A stretch of DNA of 63,768 bases, the filler included, from Candidatus Delongbacteria bacterium (lineage in GTDB: Bacteria; UBA4055), in assembly GCA_016937995.1 (NCBI GenBank). It is 5 parts of 5 records of this genome, joined end to end, with 100 filler letters (N's around TTAATTAATTAA, not from the genome) between each part and the next. Parts side by side here need not be neighbours in the genome. Positions count along the whole stretch, not along the records: positions 1 to 16,278 come from JAFGVM010000078.1; positions 16,379 to 31,754 come from JAFGVM010000079.1; 3 more parts are not named here. One strand, written 5' to 3'. The position numbers and the translations under genes are program-made. Positions 9,485 to 19,302 of the stretch are shown here, piece by piece (the stretch's first letter is position 1; every line of letters begins with the position of its first letter). A model generated the notes under the pieces. It made no database searches. It saw nothing but the letters and a program-made list of their open reading frames with translations, and had not been told where the DNA came from.

Positions 9485-10209
9485 TGCAGGGAATGATCCT
9501 GGCAGCCGGATATGGTACAAGGTTAGCCCCTCTGACAGATAATTGTCCAAAAGCTCTGATCCTCCTGAATGGCAAACCTCTTTTATGGCATGTAATTGAA
9601 AAATTTATCAATTCAGGAATTAATGAGATCGTAATAAATGCACATTTTTTATCTGAACAAGTAATAGAATTTATACACAGTACCCAATTCAAAGCTGAAA
9701 TAAAAGTCGTGGTCGAGAAAGATATCCTAGGCACTGGAGGGGGTATTTTTAACATGCTTGATCATATCTCTGAAGATGACTTTTTTGTTTATAATACTGA
9801 TGTTGTCAGCAGTGCCAACCTCGCTAACCTGATGGTTCATCATAAAAAACATTCTCCTCTTGCCACAATGGTCATGCAGAACAGAGAGACTTTTAATCAG
9901 GTGATCATAGACAGAGAAAATAAATTCTGCGGACTGAAATACATTAAGAAGAATTCTGAGATCATTGCAAGAGAACCGCTTCTTCCCTTCAGGATCCTGG
10001 CTTTCTGCGGGATACATGTGATAAATAAAAGAATAAAAGAATATAAATCTGCAGAGAATGAATTTTCGATAATTAAAACATACCTTGAAGCGGCTAAGAA
10101 TAATGAGAATATTTTATCTTATGAAAGAGAATTTTACTGGAAAGATGTGGGCACTTTTGAAAAACTCAAGGAAGCAGAAGATTATCTGAATAAAAAAAGG
10201 GACGTATAA
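9484..10209 (+). CDS. Sugar-phosphate nucleotidyltransferase (MurU-like)
   Basis: MILAAGYGTRLAPLTDNCPKAL, LGTGGG, WKDVGT; start overlaps the upstream stop (TAATG). Confidence 0.88.
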   Translation: MQGMILAAGYGTRLAPLTDNCPKALILLNGKPLLWHVIEKFINSGINEIVINAHFLSEQVIEFIHSTQFKAEIKVVVEKDILGTGGGIFNMLDHISEDDFFVYNTDVVSSANLANLMVHHKKHSPLATMVMQNRETFNQVIIDRENKFCGLKYIKKNSEIIAREPLLPFRILAFCGIHVINKRIKEYKSAENEFSIIKTYLEAAKNNENILSYEREFYWKDVGTFEKLKEAEDYLNKKRDV

Positions 10210-10245
10210 AATCATCCCTGAAATTTATTGTCCATTTTCGACTGA

Positions 10246-10566
10246 TTATTTCATTCCATCTATTACACTCATGATCTTTGCTTTTGGAACCAACCCGATG
10301 ATCATATCCATTACCTGGCCATCTTTGAAGAACAAAGTTGAAGGAACTGAAAGAATACCGTATTCAGCAGCTATTGATCCGTCAGTGTCAATATCAACAT
10401 GTGTAACCTTAATATCTTCGTTCTCGTTTGCTATTTCATCAATGATCGGATCAAGTTTTTTACATGGTCCGCACCATACTGCACCGAATTTAACTATTGT
10501 CAGTTTGGATTCTTTTAGAACTTCCTCTTCAAAGTTCTTTTGATTTACATGGATAACACTTGCCAT
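10246..10566 (-). CDS. trxA: Thioredoxin
   Basis: WCGPC active site, SVP cis-Pro loop, 106 aa. Confidence 0.95.
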   Translation of the reverse strand: MASVIHVNQKNFEEEVLKESKLTIVKFGAVWCGPCKKLDPIIDEIANENEDIKVTHVDIDTDGSIAAEYGILSVPSTLFFKDGQVMDMIIGLVPKAKIMSVIDGMK

Positions 10567-10587
10567 TTTAATCTCCGTTTATCTTAA

Positions 10588-12489
10588 TCAATTTTCTTTT
10601 ACTATCGCTTTCATTTTATTCAGCATCCTTTCACCTTCCACAAGACCCTGTATCTTTTTGACTACACCACCGTTTTCATTAATGAAAAGTATCAAAGGGA
10701 TGTTCGTAGCACCATACTCTTTATATTTTTCAATATATTTCTTGGAAAATTCACTATTTTTTTGTGTAAAGTCAAGTTTTACCGGAATAAAATGTTCTTT
10801 TGAGTATTTTACAACTTCCGGATCGTTCCATGTGACCTTGTCAAGTTCTAAGCAGTTTCCGCACCATTCCGCCCACATATCAACCATAACAAGTTTATCA
10901 GTACCTTTTATGCTTTTTATCGCATTTTCCACTGCAAAGAGATCATTGTCCGTTTTATTAAAAGGGACATGCAATTCACCTGAATGCTGATCCTGAGAAA
11001 TTATATTGCTTCCGCTGAATGGAAGATCGGTATAATGAGATAAGGTTTTCAAAGTGAACACTATACTGACAATGACCATGAATATACTTATTGTTTTACC
11101 CAGTGTTGCAAAAAAACCGGAATGTGCTTCAAGTTTTCTGAAAGCACCCATGAAAACAGCAAGATAAAGACTTAGTATTGAAATGAGGAAATATAGAATG
11201 TGCTCAGGGATCACGATGCTTATGAAAAATAATGCTGCACCGATCATAACCACACCGAAGAATTTTTTGATATTCACCATCCATGCTCCCGCCTGAGGTA
11301 AAGCATTTATTGCACCTGAAAAAGTTCCAATGATCAGAAATAAAATTCCCAAACCAAAAGCGAATGTTATAAACAACAGCCATCCGTATAACATATCCCC
11401 TGCTGCTGCAACATGCATTAAAAGAACGGCCAGAACAGGACCGACACAAGGAGCTGCCACTACACCACTTACCATCCCTATGATGATTGCACCTATTATG
11501 CCCTTACTCTCCTTGCCCTTTTTCATTAATTTTGTCTGTTGCTCAGATGAAATAAGGTTCATATCCCACATACCGAACATACTTGATGCTAGAACAACAA
11601 ACACTATCGCTATCCCAACTCTGACAATTGGATTAGCTGCAAGATCTCCCACACCAAAGACTCCTCCAAGGAAAGAGGCTAATAATCCGACTATCGAATA
11701 GGTAATAGCAAGACCAACAACAAAGAACAATGAAAGAAAGAATCCTGAACTTTTCTTAGAACCTGATTTAGCTCCCATATAGCTTATCACCACAGGAATT
11801 ACAGGATATACACAAGGGGTCATACTATCAAGAATACCTCCCAGGAATGCAATAATGAACACAAGTAAAGTCCACGTTTGACTGCCCTCGAGAATAGCTG
11901 CCAGCTTCTCTTCGATCGTCATTTCATCATCCCCACCGAACAATGCATCAATAACACCGTTCTCAGGACCACCCTGATCCGCTATAGTGCCATTTTCCTC
12001 TTTATGATCAATTTGCTCTATGCCTTCAAAAACTTCAGGAGACACCAAAGAAAAGTCTATTTTCAATTCCTTGTCAACAGGCATGAAACATGACTCATCC
12101 CCTATTTCTGAACAGATCTGATATCCAAAATTGATGATATTATCTGATTCAGACAATTTGTAAGTTCCGTCAAACAGGACATCGACCTTGCCACGGTAAA
12201 CAGGAATATCATGATGTTTCACTTTTCCTGTCATGATCTTAAATGAAAGGGCATATTCTGCGGCATTTTCAGCATCAAAATAGAACAGATCACTGTCAGT
12301 GATGTGATAATTCTCCGGTACATCCAATGATAATAACATTTTAAATTCATCACCGTCTTTAAGATCAGCTTTATTTACATATTGCGAGATCTTTACATCA
12401 GTTTCAGGATCAAATTCTTCGATCGAAAAAGCTGTGGAATAAATCATAACAAGCAGTAAAGTGATTAAGACTTTATAAATATTTCTCAT
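10588..12489 (-). CDS. dsbD: Thiol:disulfide interchange protein DsbD
   Basis: Signal peptide, N-domain Cys pair (QICS...SCFMP), TM domain TPCVYP and APCVGP, C-terminal thioredoxin domain WCGNC. Confidence 0.92.
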   Translation of the reverse strand: MRNIYKVLITLLLVMIYSTAFSIEEFDPETDVKISQYVNKADLKDGDEFKMLLSLDVPENYHITDSDLFYFDAENAAEYALSFKIMTGKVKHHDIPVYRGKVDVLFDGTYKLSESDNIINFGYQICSEIGDESCFMPVDKELKIDFSLVSPEVFEGIEQIDHKEENGTIADQGGPENGVIDALFGGDDEMTIEEKLAAILEGSQTWTLLVFIIAFLGGILDSMTPCVYPVIPVVISYMGAKSGSKKSSGFFLSLFFVVGLAITYSIVGLLASFLGGVFGVGDLAANPIVRVGIAIVFVVLASSMFGMWDMNLISSEQQTKLMKKGKESKGIIGAIIIGMVSGVVAAPCVGPVLAVLLMHVAAAGDMLYGWLLFITFAFGLGILFLIIGTFSGAINALPQAGAWMVNIKKFFGVVMIGAALFFISIVIPEHILYFLISILSLYLAVFMGAFRKLEAHSGFFATLGKTISIFMVIVSIVFTLKTLSHYTDLPFSGSNIISQDQHSGELHVPFNKTDNDLFAVENAIKSIKGTDKLVMVDMWAEWCGNCLELDKVTWNDPEVVKYSKEHFIPVKLDFTQKNSEFSKKYIEKYKEYGATNIPLILFINENGGVVKKIQGLVEGERMLNKMKAIVKEN

Positions 12490-12532
12490 GAGCGTTCCTC
12501 TGAAATTTGTTATTATTTTTTCAACCAGAGAT

Positions 12533-12561
12533 ATTATATAGTAAATTTTCTATATTTGCAA
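12533..12561 (-). promoter_or_regulatory. sigma70-type promoter of dsbD-trxA
   Basis: TTGCAA-N17-TATAAT on minus strand. Confidence 0.65.
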
Positions 12562-12573
12562 GAAATAATTGAT

Positions 12574-12602
12574 AAAAAAAACCCCATCTCAGGGGTTTTT
12601 TT
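12574..12602 (-). terminator. Intrinsic terminator after SPOR gene
   Basis: A8-CCCC-ATCTCA-GGGG-T7 hairpin. Confidence 0.7.
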
Positions 12603-12620
12603 CAATACATAACATTTCAC

Positions 12621-13589
12621 TTACTTTTCAAGTATCCAGGCTCCTTCAAAACCGTCTGCAATAACTTTTTGCTTAGCAGTTTCTGCATCAGCTCTTGTAT
12701 CATAGGCACCTATCAATACTTTAAATAAACCTTCATTTTCGTATACTTCGGAATTTGAATAACCCAGGGTTTTCAAACTGTTCTCATCAAACTGGTTCGC
12801 ATTCTCTCTTGAAGAAAAAGCACCTATCTGTATATAAAATTTACCTGTTGAATTTTTACCGGAATTATCACTGATGAATATCCATGATTTTTGAATAAAA
12901 GATCCCTGATACTTATAATCTTTTATCAATTTTTCTTTCATGTCATCCGCATCCAGTCTTGCGACATAGTCACCTATTTGAACTTTGTGTAAATTGTCTT
13001 CAGCTAATACGACATAAACTCTTTCGGATATCTCGGAAGAAACTTTTTCTTTTAATTTCTTTGCTTTAGATTCATCCTTAAATGCACCTATTTGAACCCT
13101 GTATCCCAAAAATTTTTCAAACTTAGGTTCTTCTGCCGTTTCTGTAACTGTAATATCTGCAGCTTCTGTAGTATGAATCACCTGATCTTCCATACCTTTA
13201 TATACTCGTTTCGGAACTGAATATATTTTCGTAAAACCGTTTAATTTTAATCTGTCTTTTAATGTATTCGCTTCTTCTTTATTCTGACAATCACCAACAT
13301 AGATCATGTATTTATCGACGATAAACTCTATATAAACCGGTTCCTGAACGGCCTGAACGATCTGCTTTTCCAAAAGATTAGCTTCTTCCATGGACTCGGT
13401 AGATGCTACTTTTATCCTGTAGCCGTCCACCATTTCTCTATCTTCCAGATTCTCTTCAATAATTATTTTATTTGAAGGGTCATTTTCACCATACTTAGAC
13501 TCCTTTACTCCCTGTACAGGAACACATGAAGTTAAAAATAAAGTGAAGATCATACTTATAATTATAAACCTGACATATCGAATCATCAA
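12621..13589 (-). CDS. Lipoprotein with three SPOR domains
   Basis: Lipobox LTSC; GYRIKVAS, GYRVQIGAF and FYIQIGAF repeats, each followed by a V.(I/V)G.(Y/C) strand. Confidence 0.88.
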   Translation of the reverse strand: MMIRYVRFIIISMIFTLFLTSCVPVQGVKESKYGENDPSNKIIIEENLEDREMVDGYRIKVASTESMEEANLLEKQIVQAVQEPVYIEFIVDKYMIYVGDCQNKEEANTLKDRLKLNGFTKIYSVPKRVYKGMEDQVIHTTEAADITVTETAEEPKFEKFLGYRVQIGAFKDESKAKKLKEKVSSEISERVYVVLAEDNLHKVQIGDYVARLDADDMKEKLIKDYKYQGSFIQKSWIFISDNSGKNSTGKFYIQIGAFSSRENANQFDENSLKTLGYSNSEVYENEGLFKVLIGAYDTRADAETAKQKVIADGFEGAWILEK

Positions 13590-13762
13590 AATACCTCCAA
13601 TAATTTTTCAACCCAAGGGTCAATTTCTTTCGGATACATACGATCACTATTTTTAGCTTTACATGAATATAAAGGAAATTGAATATAAATCAACATAAAA
13701 AATAAAAAAAATAAAAGGGCGAAATTACATTGGAACTTCTGAGAACATATGAATTAGCAAAA

Positions 13763-15193
13763 TTATTTGCCCTGTAGGATATTTCCAATACTGAGGAAAC
13801 CGGCACCATTATCCAGAACGATGTTCTTCCAGTGGAGATAATGTTCTTCATCATTAGCATCATTTAAACTGTTTTCAAATTCTAAATACTTATTTTCCTT
13901 AAATTGATCAATGTCAAGCTTTCTGGTATCTTCAAAACCAAGATATCTACAGACATTCGTTCCCATAACAATTTCTAAGTTCACTTTAAAAAAATCACTG
14001 AATTTGGAATTAACGAATATAATTTCTTTATTTTCATCCCATAATGTTACAATACTGTTCAGATTATTAGCAAGGTCGTAAAATTTTTGATCCGTAATCT
14101 CAATGTTTCTATCAAAAGACTGATTTATTTCATGAATGATATAATAGTCCATTATCCTGTTGGTCAGGTTTATATTACCTTTGAATATCTCAACTTTCTT
14201 TTTGTCATTGTTCTTTAGCCTGTGGGACTGAATAATATTGTATCTTTGCTCACTCAAAGCATTCATATTCTCTTCCATTACTTCATCTTCACTCATATCT
14301 GTAATATCTGATAATGTCATATTTTCCAACTCTTCAACAGTATAACCGTAAAAGTAACTTGCAGTTGGATTTGCCTGACTGATCTTTCCTGTTTCAGGAT
14401 CTACAAGAAGCATTATCAGTTTATTATCACTAAAAAAACTTTGGAATGTTTCAACTTCTTTCTTGAGTCCTGCTTCTTTGTTCTTCAATTCAGTAATATC
14501 ATTTAGAGTTATCAGGAATGAATCTTCATCTTCCCATTTGATCTTTAGAGTTCTAACTTCGGCTATTGCGGTTTTATTATCCTCGTTAATATTTATCTCT
14601 ATTTTTTCATTCACGTCATAAGAATATCCATATTTATTACCGATTAATTCATCTCTCCGTTTTCCAAAATATGTTATTGCAGATTCGTTAATATCCTGAA
14701 TGATATTTTCCTCATCTATTACGAACATTGGGTTAAAATTCTTTTCTACTAATGTTCTTAACTGCTCTCTACTGTGTAATGTCTGAACAAGAGCTTTTCT
14801 TCTTTCAATAGAATGTCTTATTGAACGTATCAGCAGAGTTGATGTATATTCCCCTTTTATCAAATAATCCTCAGCTCCGTTGTTTAGCGAATTCATGATG
14901 ATATCAGGTCTTCCTAGGGCAGTTTGGATTATTATCGGCATTTCAGGATAAATTGATAATATCTTCTCAAGAGATTCAAGGTCTTTACTGTCAGGTAAAC
15001 CCAAATCTAACAGGATCACATCAATTTTATTTTTTTCAAGAACTTCGATTGCAGATCCAAGCGAATCTGCATTTTTTATGTCATATTCGAAATACAGGAC
15101 TGAATCCGAAGGTATTTTCAAAAGCATCTGTTTAATTAAAAATACGTGATCTTCATTGTCCTCAACGATCAAAATATTTATTTTCCCCTGCAT
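13763..15193 (-). CDS. REC + multiple PAS domain signalling protein without output domain
   Basis: ILIVED, LLDLGLPDS, AEDYLIK; about three PAS-like repeats (e.g. ANPTASYFYGYTVEEL); ends right after the last PAS. Confidence 0.88.
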   Translation of the reverse strand: MQGKINILIVEDNEDHVFLIKQMLLKIPSDSVLYFEYDIKNADSLGSAIEVLEKNKIDVILLDLGLPDSKDLESLEKILSIYPEMPIIIQTALGRPDIIMNSLNNGAEDYLIKGEYTSTLLIRSIRHSIERRKALVQTLHSREQLRTLVEKNFNPMFVIDEENIIQDINESAITYFGKRRDELIGNKYGYSYDVNEKIEININEDNKTAIAEVRTLKIKWEDEDSFLITLNDITELKNKEAGLKKEVETFQSFFSDNKLIMLLVDPETGKISQANPTASYFYGYTVEELENMTLSDITDMSEDEVMEENMNALSEQRYNIIQSHRLKNNDKKKVEIFKGNINLTNRIMDYYIIHEINQSFDRNIEITDQKFYDLANNLNSIVTLWDENKEIIFVNSKFSDFFKVNLEIVMGTNVCRYLGFEDTRKLDIDQFKENKYLEFENSLNDANDEEHYLHWKNIVLDNGAGFLSIGNILQGK

Positions 15194-15253
15194 TTTTGCT
15201 CTCCTTTTGTTTCGTTTTTGGGATTTATAGGAATTATCCCCTAAAAGATACTT

Positions 15254-15269
15254 TGCAAATGCTATGCCA
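15254..15269 (-). promoter_or_regulatory. sigma54 (-24/-12) promoter
   Basis: TGGCAT-AGCAT-TTGCA on minus strand, exact consensus spacing, about 60 nt upstream of the ATG at 15193. Confidence 0.75.
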
Positions 15270-15882
15270 TTATATTTAAATTCAAAATTTCAAGGCTGAT
15301 CAGTTTGATCAACAATAATATAGCATAGTCTATTGTACTTTTTTTAGTTGCAGAACACTATGTAATTAATCTTGCTTAGTGAATATTGAGTCTTCAATAT
15401 AACATAAAAAAAACACAATGAAAATAAAATAAAATTCATTATACTGAAGTCCTGCTTTAGTAAAAAGCAATATCCGTTAGATCGTAAAAATTTCTGGTGT
15501 TAATTAAAAATAAAACACATTTTTGTTGAATTACTTACCTGCTTACAATATATTAGTAATGTTATTATAGTACCTCAATCTGCAAATAGTATAAATATTA
15601 CGGTGATCTTATGTCAGAAAGACTTTCTTTTCGTAACAGAATATTTCTTAATTCGGTTTACTTTTGATACTGAAATTATAAATAATTTTACTATCGATCA
15701 GAAAGATTAAGAAAATACCTGAATTTAATCAGTTTATATCGAATAATATTCAAATCGCAGTATTTATACTTAGAGATATTTAATTGTGCAGTCTTGAGAT
15801 AGGTGATAATGTACAGGTTCAGCAGAAAATTAAAATATAATGGTGAACATTTAATGTAGAGTCGGATTTAATTAGCTTTGGG

Positions 15883-16245
15883 ATGTTATTCATGAAAAAC
15901 AAATTAGAGTCATATGAACAAAATGTTAAGACCGGAAAGTGGGAGATCGATCTTAATAACAATTCTGTTATCCTATCTGAGGATGCAAAAAAAATATTCG
16001 GACTTGAAAATGCTGAGATTAATCTTACTGTTATTATAAACATTCCCATGGAAGAGTATAGAATTCCAAACACTATAGCTTTCAATGCTCTAGTAAGAGA
16101 AGATGAGCCTTATGATGTTACTTACAAGTTTGATTATCGGAACAGCGGAGAGATCAAGACCATTAATTCTACTGCAACTTATGATAAGGAAAAAAATATA
16201 GTGTACGGATTGGTAAAAGTAATCAAGGCTCAAATCAAAGAATAA
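15883..16245 (+). CDS. Stand-alone PAS-fold protein
   Basis: GKWEIDL...LSEDAKKIFGL and YDVTYKF...GEIKTI...VYG, typical of PAS_3/PAC. Confidence 0.7.
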   Translation: MLFMKNKLESYEQNVKTGKWEIDLNNNSVILSEDAKKIFGLENAEINLTVIINIPMEEYRIPNTIAFNALVREDEPYDVTYKFDYRNSGEIKTINSTATYDKEKNIVYGLVKVIKAQIKE

Positions 16246-16278
16246 AAAGGACAGCATTATGATATATTTACAGCTGAT

Positions 16279-16378
16279 NNNNNNNNNNNNNNNNNNNNNN
16301 NNNNNNNNNNNNNNNNNNNNNNTTAATTAATTAANNNNNNNNNNNNNNNNNNNNNNNNNNNNNNNNNNNNNNNNNNNN
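16279..16378. other. Artificial contig linker
   Basis: N44-TTAATTAATTAA-N44, stops in all six frames, identical in four places. Confidence 0.99.
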
Positions 16379-16435
16379 CTCTGTCTCCTCCTCGGAAGTA
16401 GTCAATTCTTCTATCCGTTCGTCAATTTTTTTCAT
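16379..16435 (-). CDS. 5' fragment of a gene truncated by the contig end (MKKIDERIEELTTSEEETE), possibly TsaE-like
   Basis: ATG at 16435, open to the contig edge; T.SEEET resembles TsaE/YjeE N-termini, but only 19 codons are visible. Confidence 0.4.
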
Positions 16436-16494
16436 AAGGTAAATTTAATCTATTGTAACTATCAATGCAATTTAAATACTGTGGATAAATTAAT

Positions 16495-16519
16495 AAAAAA
16501 AGGGAGCACAAGCTCCCTT
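16495..16519 (-). terminator. Intrinsic terminator after porin-like gene 1
   Basis: AAGGGAGC-ACAA-GCTCCCTT with U-tract on minus strand. Confidence 0.8.
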
Positions 16520-16541
16520 CAAAACGAACTGCATTTCATTC

Positions 16542-17882
16542 CTAATTGAACATATAAACAAGTCCCAGTGCCATATTGCTTAAAGGATCTTGATCAAAAG
16601 TAAGCTGACCAACTGTTGTTTCAAATTCGATCTTGAAATTACCATTTTGAAGCGCAGCACCAGTTGTAACACTTACATTTTCAAAAGTTGGGTCAGTCCA
16701 TGAATCTTCATAATCAAAATCATCATCTTCATCATTATCCCAGCTGTAGTAGCTCCACACATTATCAAATGTTTTATTGAATCCACCCCATAGTTGTACG
16801 GAGTTAAATCCCCACCATGTTTTAGGATCGATCTCTTTAGTTAGTTCAACTCCCATTCTATAAGTTGGAAGCAAAGTCATTCTTGTTTCATATCCTTCTT
16901 CAGACCATGTGTTTATCTCATTAGTTCTTCCCTGAGAAATGCTTTGATATCTGAATTCGAATTCATTATATACATTCACGCCAGCTGCAGGTTTGTAATG
17001 AATGCCTGATCCCAAAGTAAAGTTCATCAGAGATCCGTCAAATTTTACTGCCTCAAATACATCTGGAGCAGTCTCTGTGTCTTGCGAAGAAGCAAATGAG
17101 AAATAATTAAATTTCATGTACGGAGCATAATCTACTTTGTCCCCTTTTGCATAATATCTACCGTTCAATCCGAAATTCATGATACCATCACAATTCATAA
17201 TACCTTCTTCATACTGATCAACACCATCAACAGTATATTCTGAACTGAAACTCCAGATATCAAAATCAATACTTGCATCAACAAAGTGATTCTCATCCAA
17301 TACCATTGTTGCTCCCCAGGTAGTCTCTAGTCCCCAAAAACTGTTGTTCCAATCGTAATCCCAACCCAAAGAATCATTGTAATCTTCTTCATCAGAATTA
17401 CCATTCGAGTACATTTTAATACCCAGTCCGGCTATTAAGTTATCATTGATCCCGATAGCAAAATTAGAGTTTATTCTGTTAGTGGATTCATAAGCCATGT
17501 TCCAAAAACCATTTGGATCATAATTATTTGCCGGCCAAAAATCCAATCCAACATAATCAAAAACGTCATTCACTGTAACCATTGAGTTCTGCTCAGCTGA
17601 AATCTGCCATGCCATTGGCATTGGTAATTCAACAAAATTATTCAGATTGAATCTTGCAAGACCCCAGACATCACCACCAGCTTTACCTAACCATGCACCT
17701 TCCTGACCGGTTAACAATCTTTGCGGGAAATCAGCAAAGTTTGATGTTTCTACTAGAGAGTAAATACCACCCATGGCATTAACTCTTAGATTCGGTACCT
17801 CACTTGTAATACCATTTGAGAACTGAGCATTTGCAAATCCGAACATTGCAAAGATGCTAAGAATCATTACAACTTTTTTCAT
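16542..17882 (-). CDS. Putative outer-membrane beta-barrel (porin-like) protein 1, very acidic
   Basis: Signal peptide (ANA/Q), alternating aromatic strands, C-terminal LGLVYMFN beta-signal-like end. Confidence 0.75.
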   Translation of the reverse strand: MKKVVMILSIFAMFGFANAQFSNGITSEVPNLRVNAMGGIYSLVETSNFADFPQRLLTGQEGAWLGKAGGDVWGLARFNLNNFVELPMPMAWQISAEQNSMVTVNDVFDYVGLDFWPANNYDPNGFWNMAYESTNRINSNFAIGINDNLIAGLGIKMYSNGNSDEEDYNDSLGWDYDWNNSFWGLETTWGATMVLDENHFVDASIDFDIWSFSSEYTVDGVDQYEEGIMNCDGIMNFGLNGRYYAKGDKVDYAPYMKFNYFSFASSQDTETAPDVFEAVKFDGSLMNFTLGSGIHYKPAAGVNVYNEFEFRYQSISQGRTNEINTWSEEGYETRMTLLPTYRMGVELTKEIDPKTWWGFNSVQLWGGFNKTFDNVWSYYSWDNDEDDDFDYEDSWTDPTFENVSVTTGAALQNGNFKIEFETTVGQLTFDQDPLSNMALGLVYMFN

Positions 17883-17992
17883 TTTATTCTCCCTTTATTT
17901 ATTTTACTTCTTTTTCTCCTATTTTTACGCATAAAATTCGCGTCATGTTAATAACCTGTGAATAAATTAAACAAACAAGTAGTATTTGTCAA
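17883..17992 (-). promoter_or_regulatory. Conserved promoter plus structured 5' leader, copy A
   Basis: TTGACA-N17-TAATTT, TTATTCACAGGTT, ACGC...GCGT hairpin, two GGAG motifs; similar to 19051-19164. Confidence 0.75.
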
Positions 17993-18051
17993 GGATTATT
18001 TTATATTAGATCAAGGCTAATCTGTACCATATTCTATTAATATTACAATAT

Positions 18052-18080
18052 AAAAAAAGCCGGTATAAGACCGGCTTTTT
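18052..18080 (-). terminator. Intrinsic terminator after porin-like gene 2
   Basis: AAAAAGCCGGT-ATAAG-ACCGGCTTTTT. Confidence 0.85.
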
Positions 18081-18099
18081 ACTACTATTTGTAGTTCTA

Positions 18100-19050
18100 T
18101 TACTTCTTAATAAGATTCAAAGTGTACTCAGCACCTACTGTAAAAGTCATAATTGGATCAGTTTCATTATCTTTTGTCATGTCCATCCAGTATCCAAATC
18201 CAGCGAAGATATCAAGTTCCGGCATTACATAGTAGTTTACACCAGCTCCAATAGCGAAATCGCTTTCACCGTCAACATCAGAATCTTCAGGCATTACCAT
18301 CATATAATTCAATCCGGCTTCAAGGTTGAACTGCTCAGTAAAATCCTTTACAAAGTCAACACCTATATTAAGATCAGCATCTTTTGCACCTGTGTCTTCA
18401 TTCATCTGCATTCTGTACTTTAAGTAAGGTTTAACCATCATTGCATCTTTGTAATATGCATAAGCACCTTCAACACCGAAATATGCCGGAACGAAATCTA
18501 TTGCATCTTCACCATCAACAGATTTCATCAGTCCCATCTGATAGAAAGCATCGAATAATATTCCATCTTCAAACAGATCCCATGGAGTTAATCCATGTAC
18601 ATAAACCTTTCTTGTATCGTATCCAAAAGCTGCTTTAAGGTTCATTCCCATTGTTGGAATTGCATCAAGACCGTCAACATCGCTAGCAACATTAGTGTAA
18701 GAGAAAGGTAGTTCTACTTTAACGAACAGATTACTTGGAAGGTAAAGTTTACCCATTGGTTTAAGATCGAAATACATCTTTCCGTAAGAAGCAGCATCTA
18801 CAGCTTCACCATCATTTGACACTTTCATCATCTCATAACCTAGATCACTGTAAAGATACAGCTTGAACATGTCAGAAGGCTTACCTTCAAACTGATAATC
18901 AACTGCTGGTACATACAGTCCCATACCTGTTGTTTTATCCTGCATTGAGTAATCAAGACCTACCAGTCCAGCTAACTGATTTCTTGTGATGTCCATTGAA
19001 TACGATGCTGCTAGCAACATTATTACTGCCAGTGTTAAAAATTTCTTCAT
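18100..19050 (-). CDS. Putative outer-membrane beta-barrel (porin-like) protein 2
   Basis: Signal peptide, amphipathic strands, VGAEYTL near the end; paralog of 19473-20477 (GYD.RK...H.LTPWD.FE.G). Confidence 0.78.
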   Translation of the reverse strand: MKKFLTLAVIMLLAASYSMDITRNQLAGLVGLDYSMQDKTTGMGLYVPAVDYQFEGKPSDMFKLYLYSDLGYEMMKVSNDGEAVDAASYGKMYFDLKPMGKLYLPSNLFVKVELPFSYTNVASDVDGLDAIPTMGMNLKAAFGYDTRKVYVHGLTPWDLFEDGILFDAFYQMGLMKSVDGEDAIDFVPAYFGVEGAYAYYKDAMMVKPYLKYRMQMNEDTGAKDADLNIGVDFVKDFTEQFNLEAGLNYMMVMPEDSDVDGESDFAIGAGVNYYVMPELDIFAGFGYWMDMTKDNETDPIMTFTVGAEYTLNLIKK

Positions 19051-19164
19051 CCTTCTCTCCTTTTTTTATTTTTTAGCTCTTTTTCTCCTCTCTCTAACGC
19101 ATAAAATATTTGCGTTTTGTTAGCAACCTGTGAATAAATTAAACAAATGTTTACCATTTGTCAA
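19051..19164 (-). promoter_or_regulatory. Conserved promoter plus structured 5' leader, copy B
   Basis: TTGACA-N17-TAATTT, TTATTCACAGGTT, AACGCA...TGCGTT hairpin, two AGGAGA motifs. Confidence 0.75.
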
Positions 19165-19302
19165 TAGTTTTTTTTATTTGAATCATAGCTGATTTAAGTT
19201 AGTGTAAGTTTCAACCCAGAAATAACTTGTCAATAAGTCCATAATTCCTTTTCCATTTTTTTTGCTAACAATTGTATTTTAATATCATCTGTTCTATTAC
19301 TC

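Noticed and set aside
15194-15882. Riboswitch or ncRNA in the long intergenic region
   Set aside because: Very AT-rich, with no GC-rich stems or recognisable aptamer motifs; better explained as divergent promoter and enhancer DNA
16480-16488. Perfect DnaA box as a sign of oriC
   Set aside because: Single box in a short gap, with no box cluster and no dnaA/dnaN/gidA context; kept only as a possible regulatory motif
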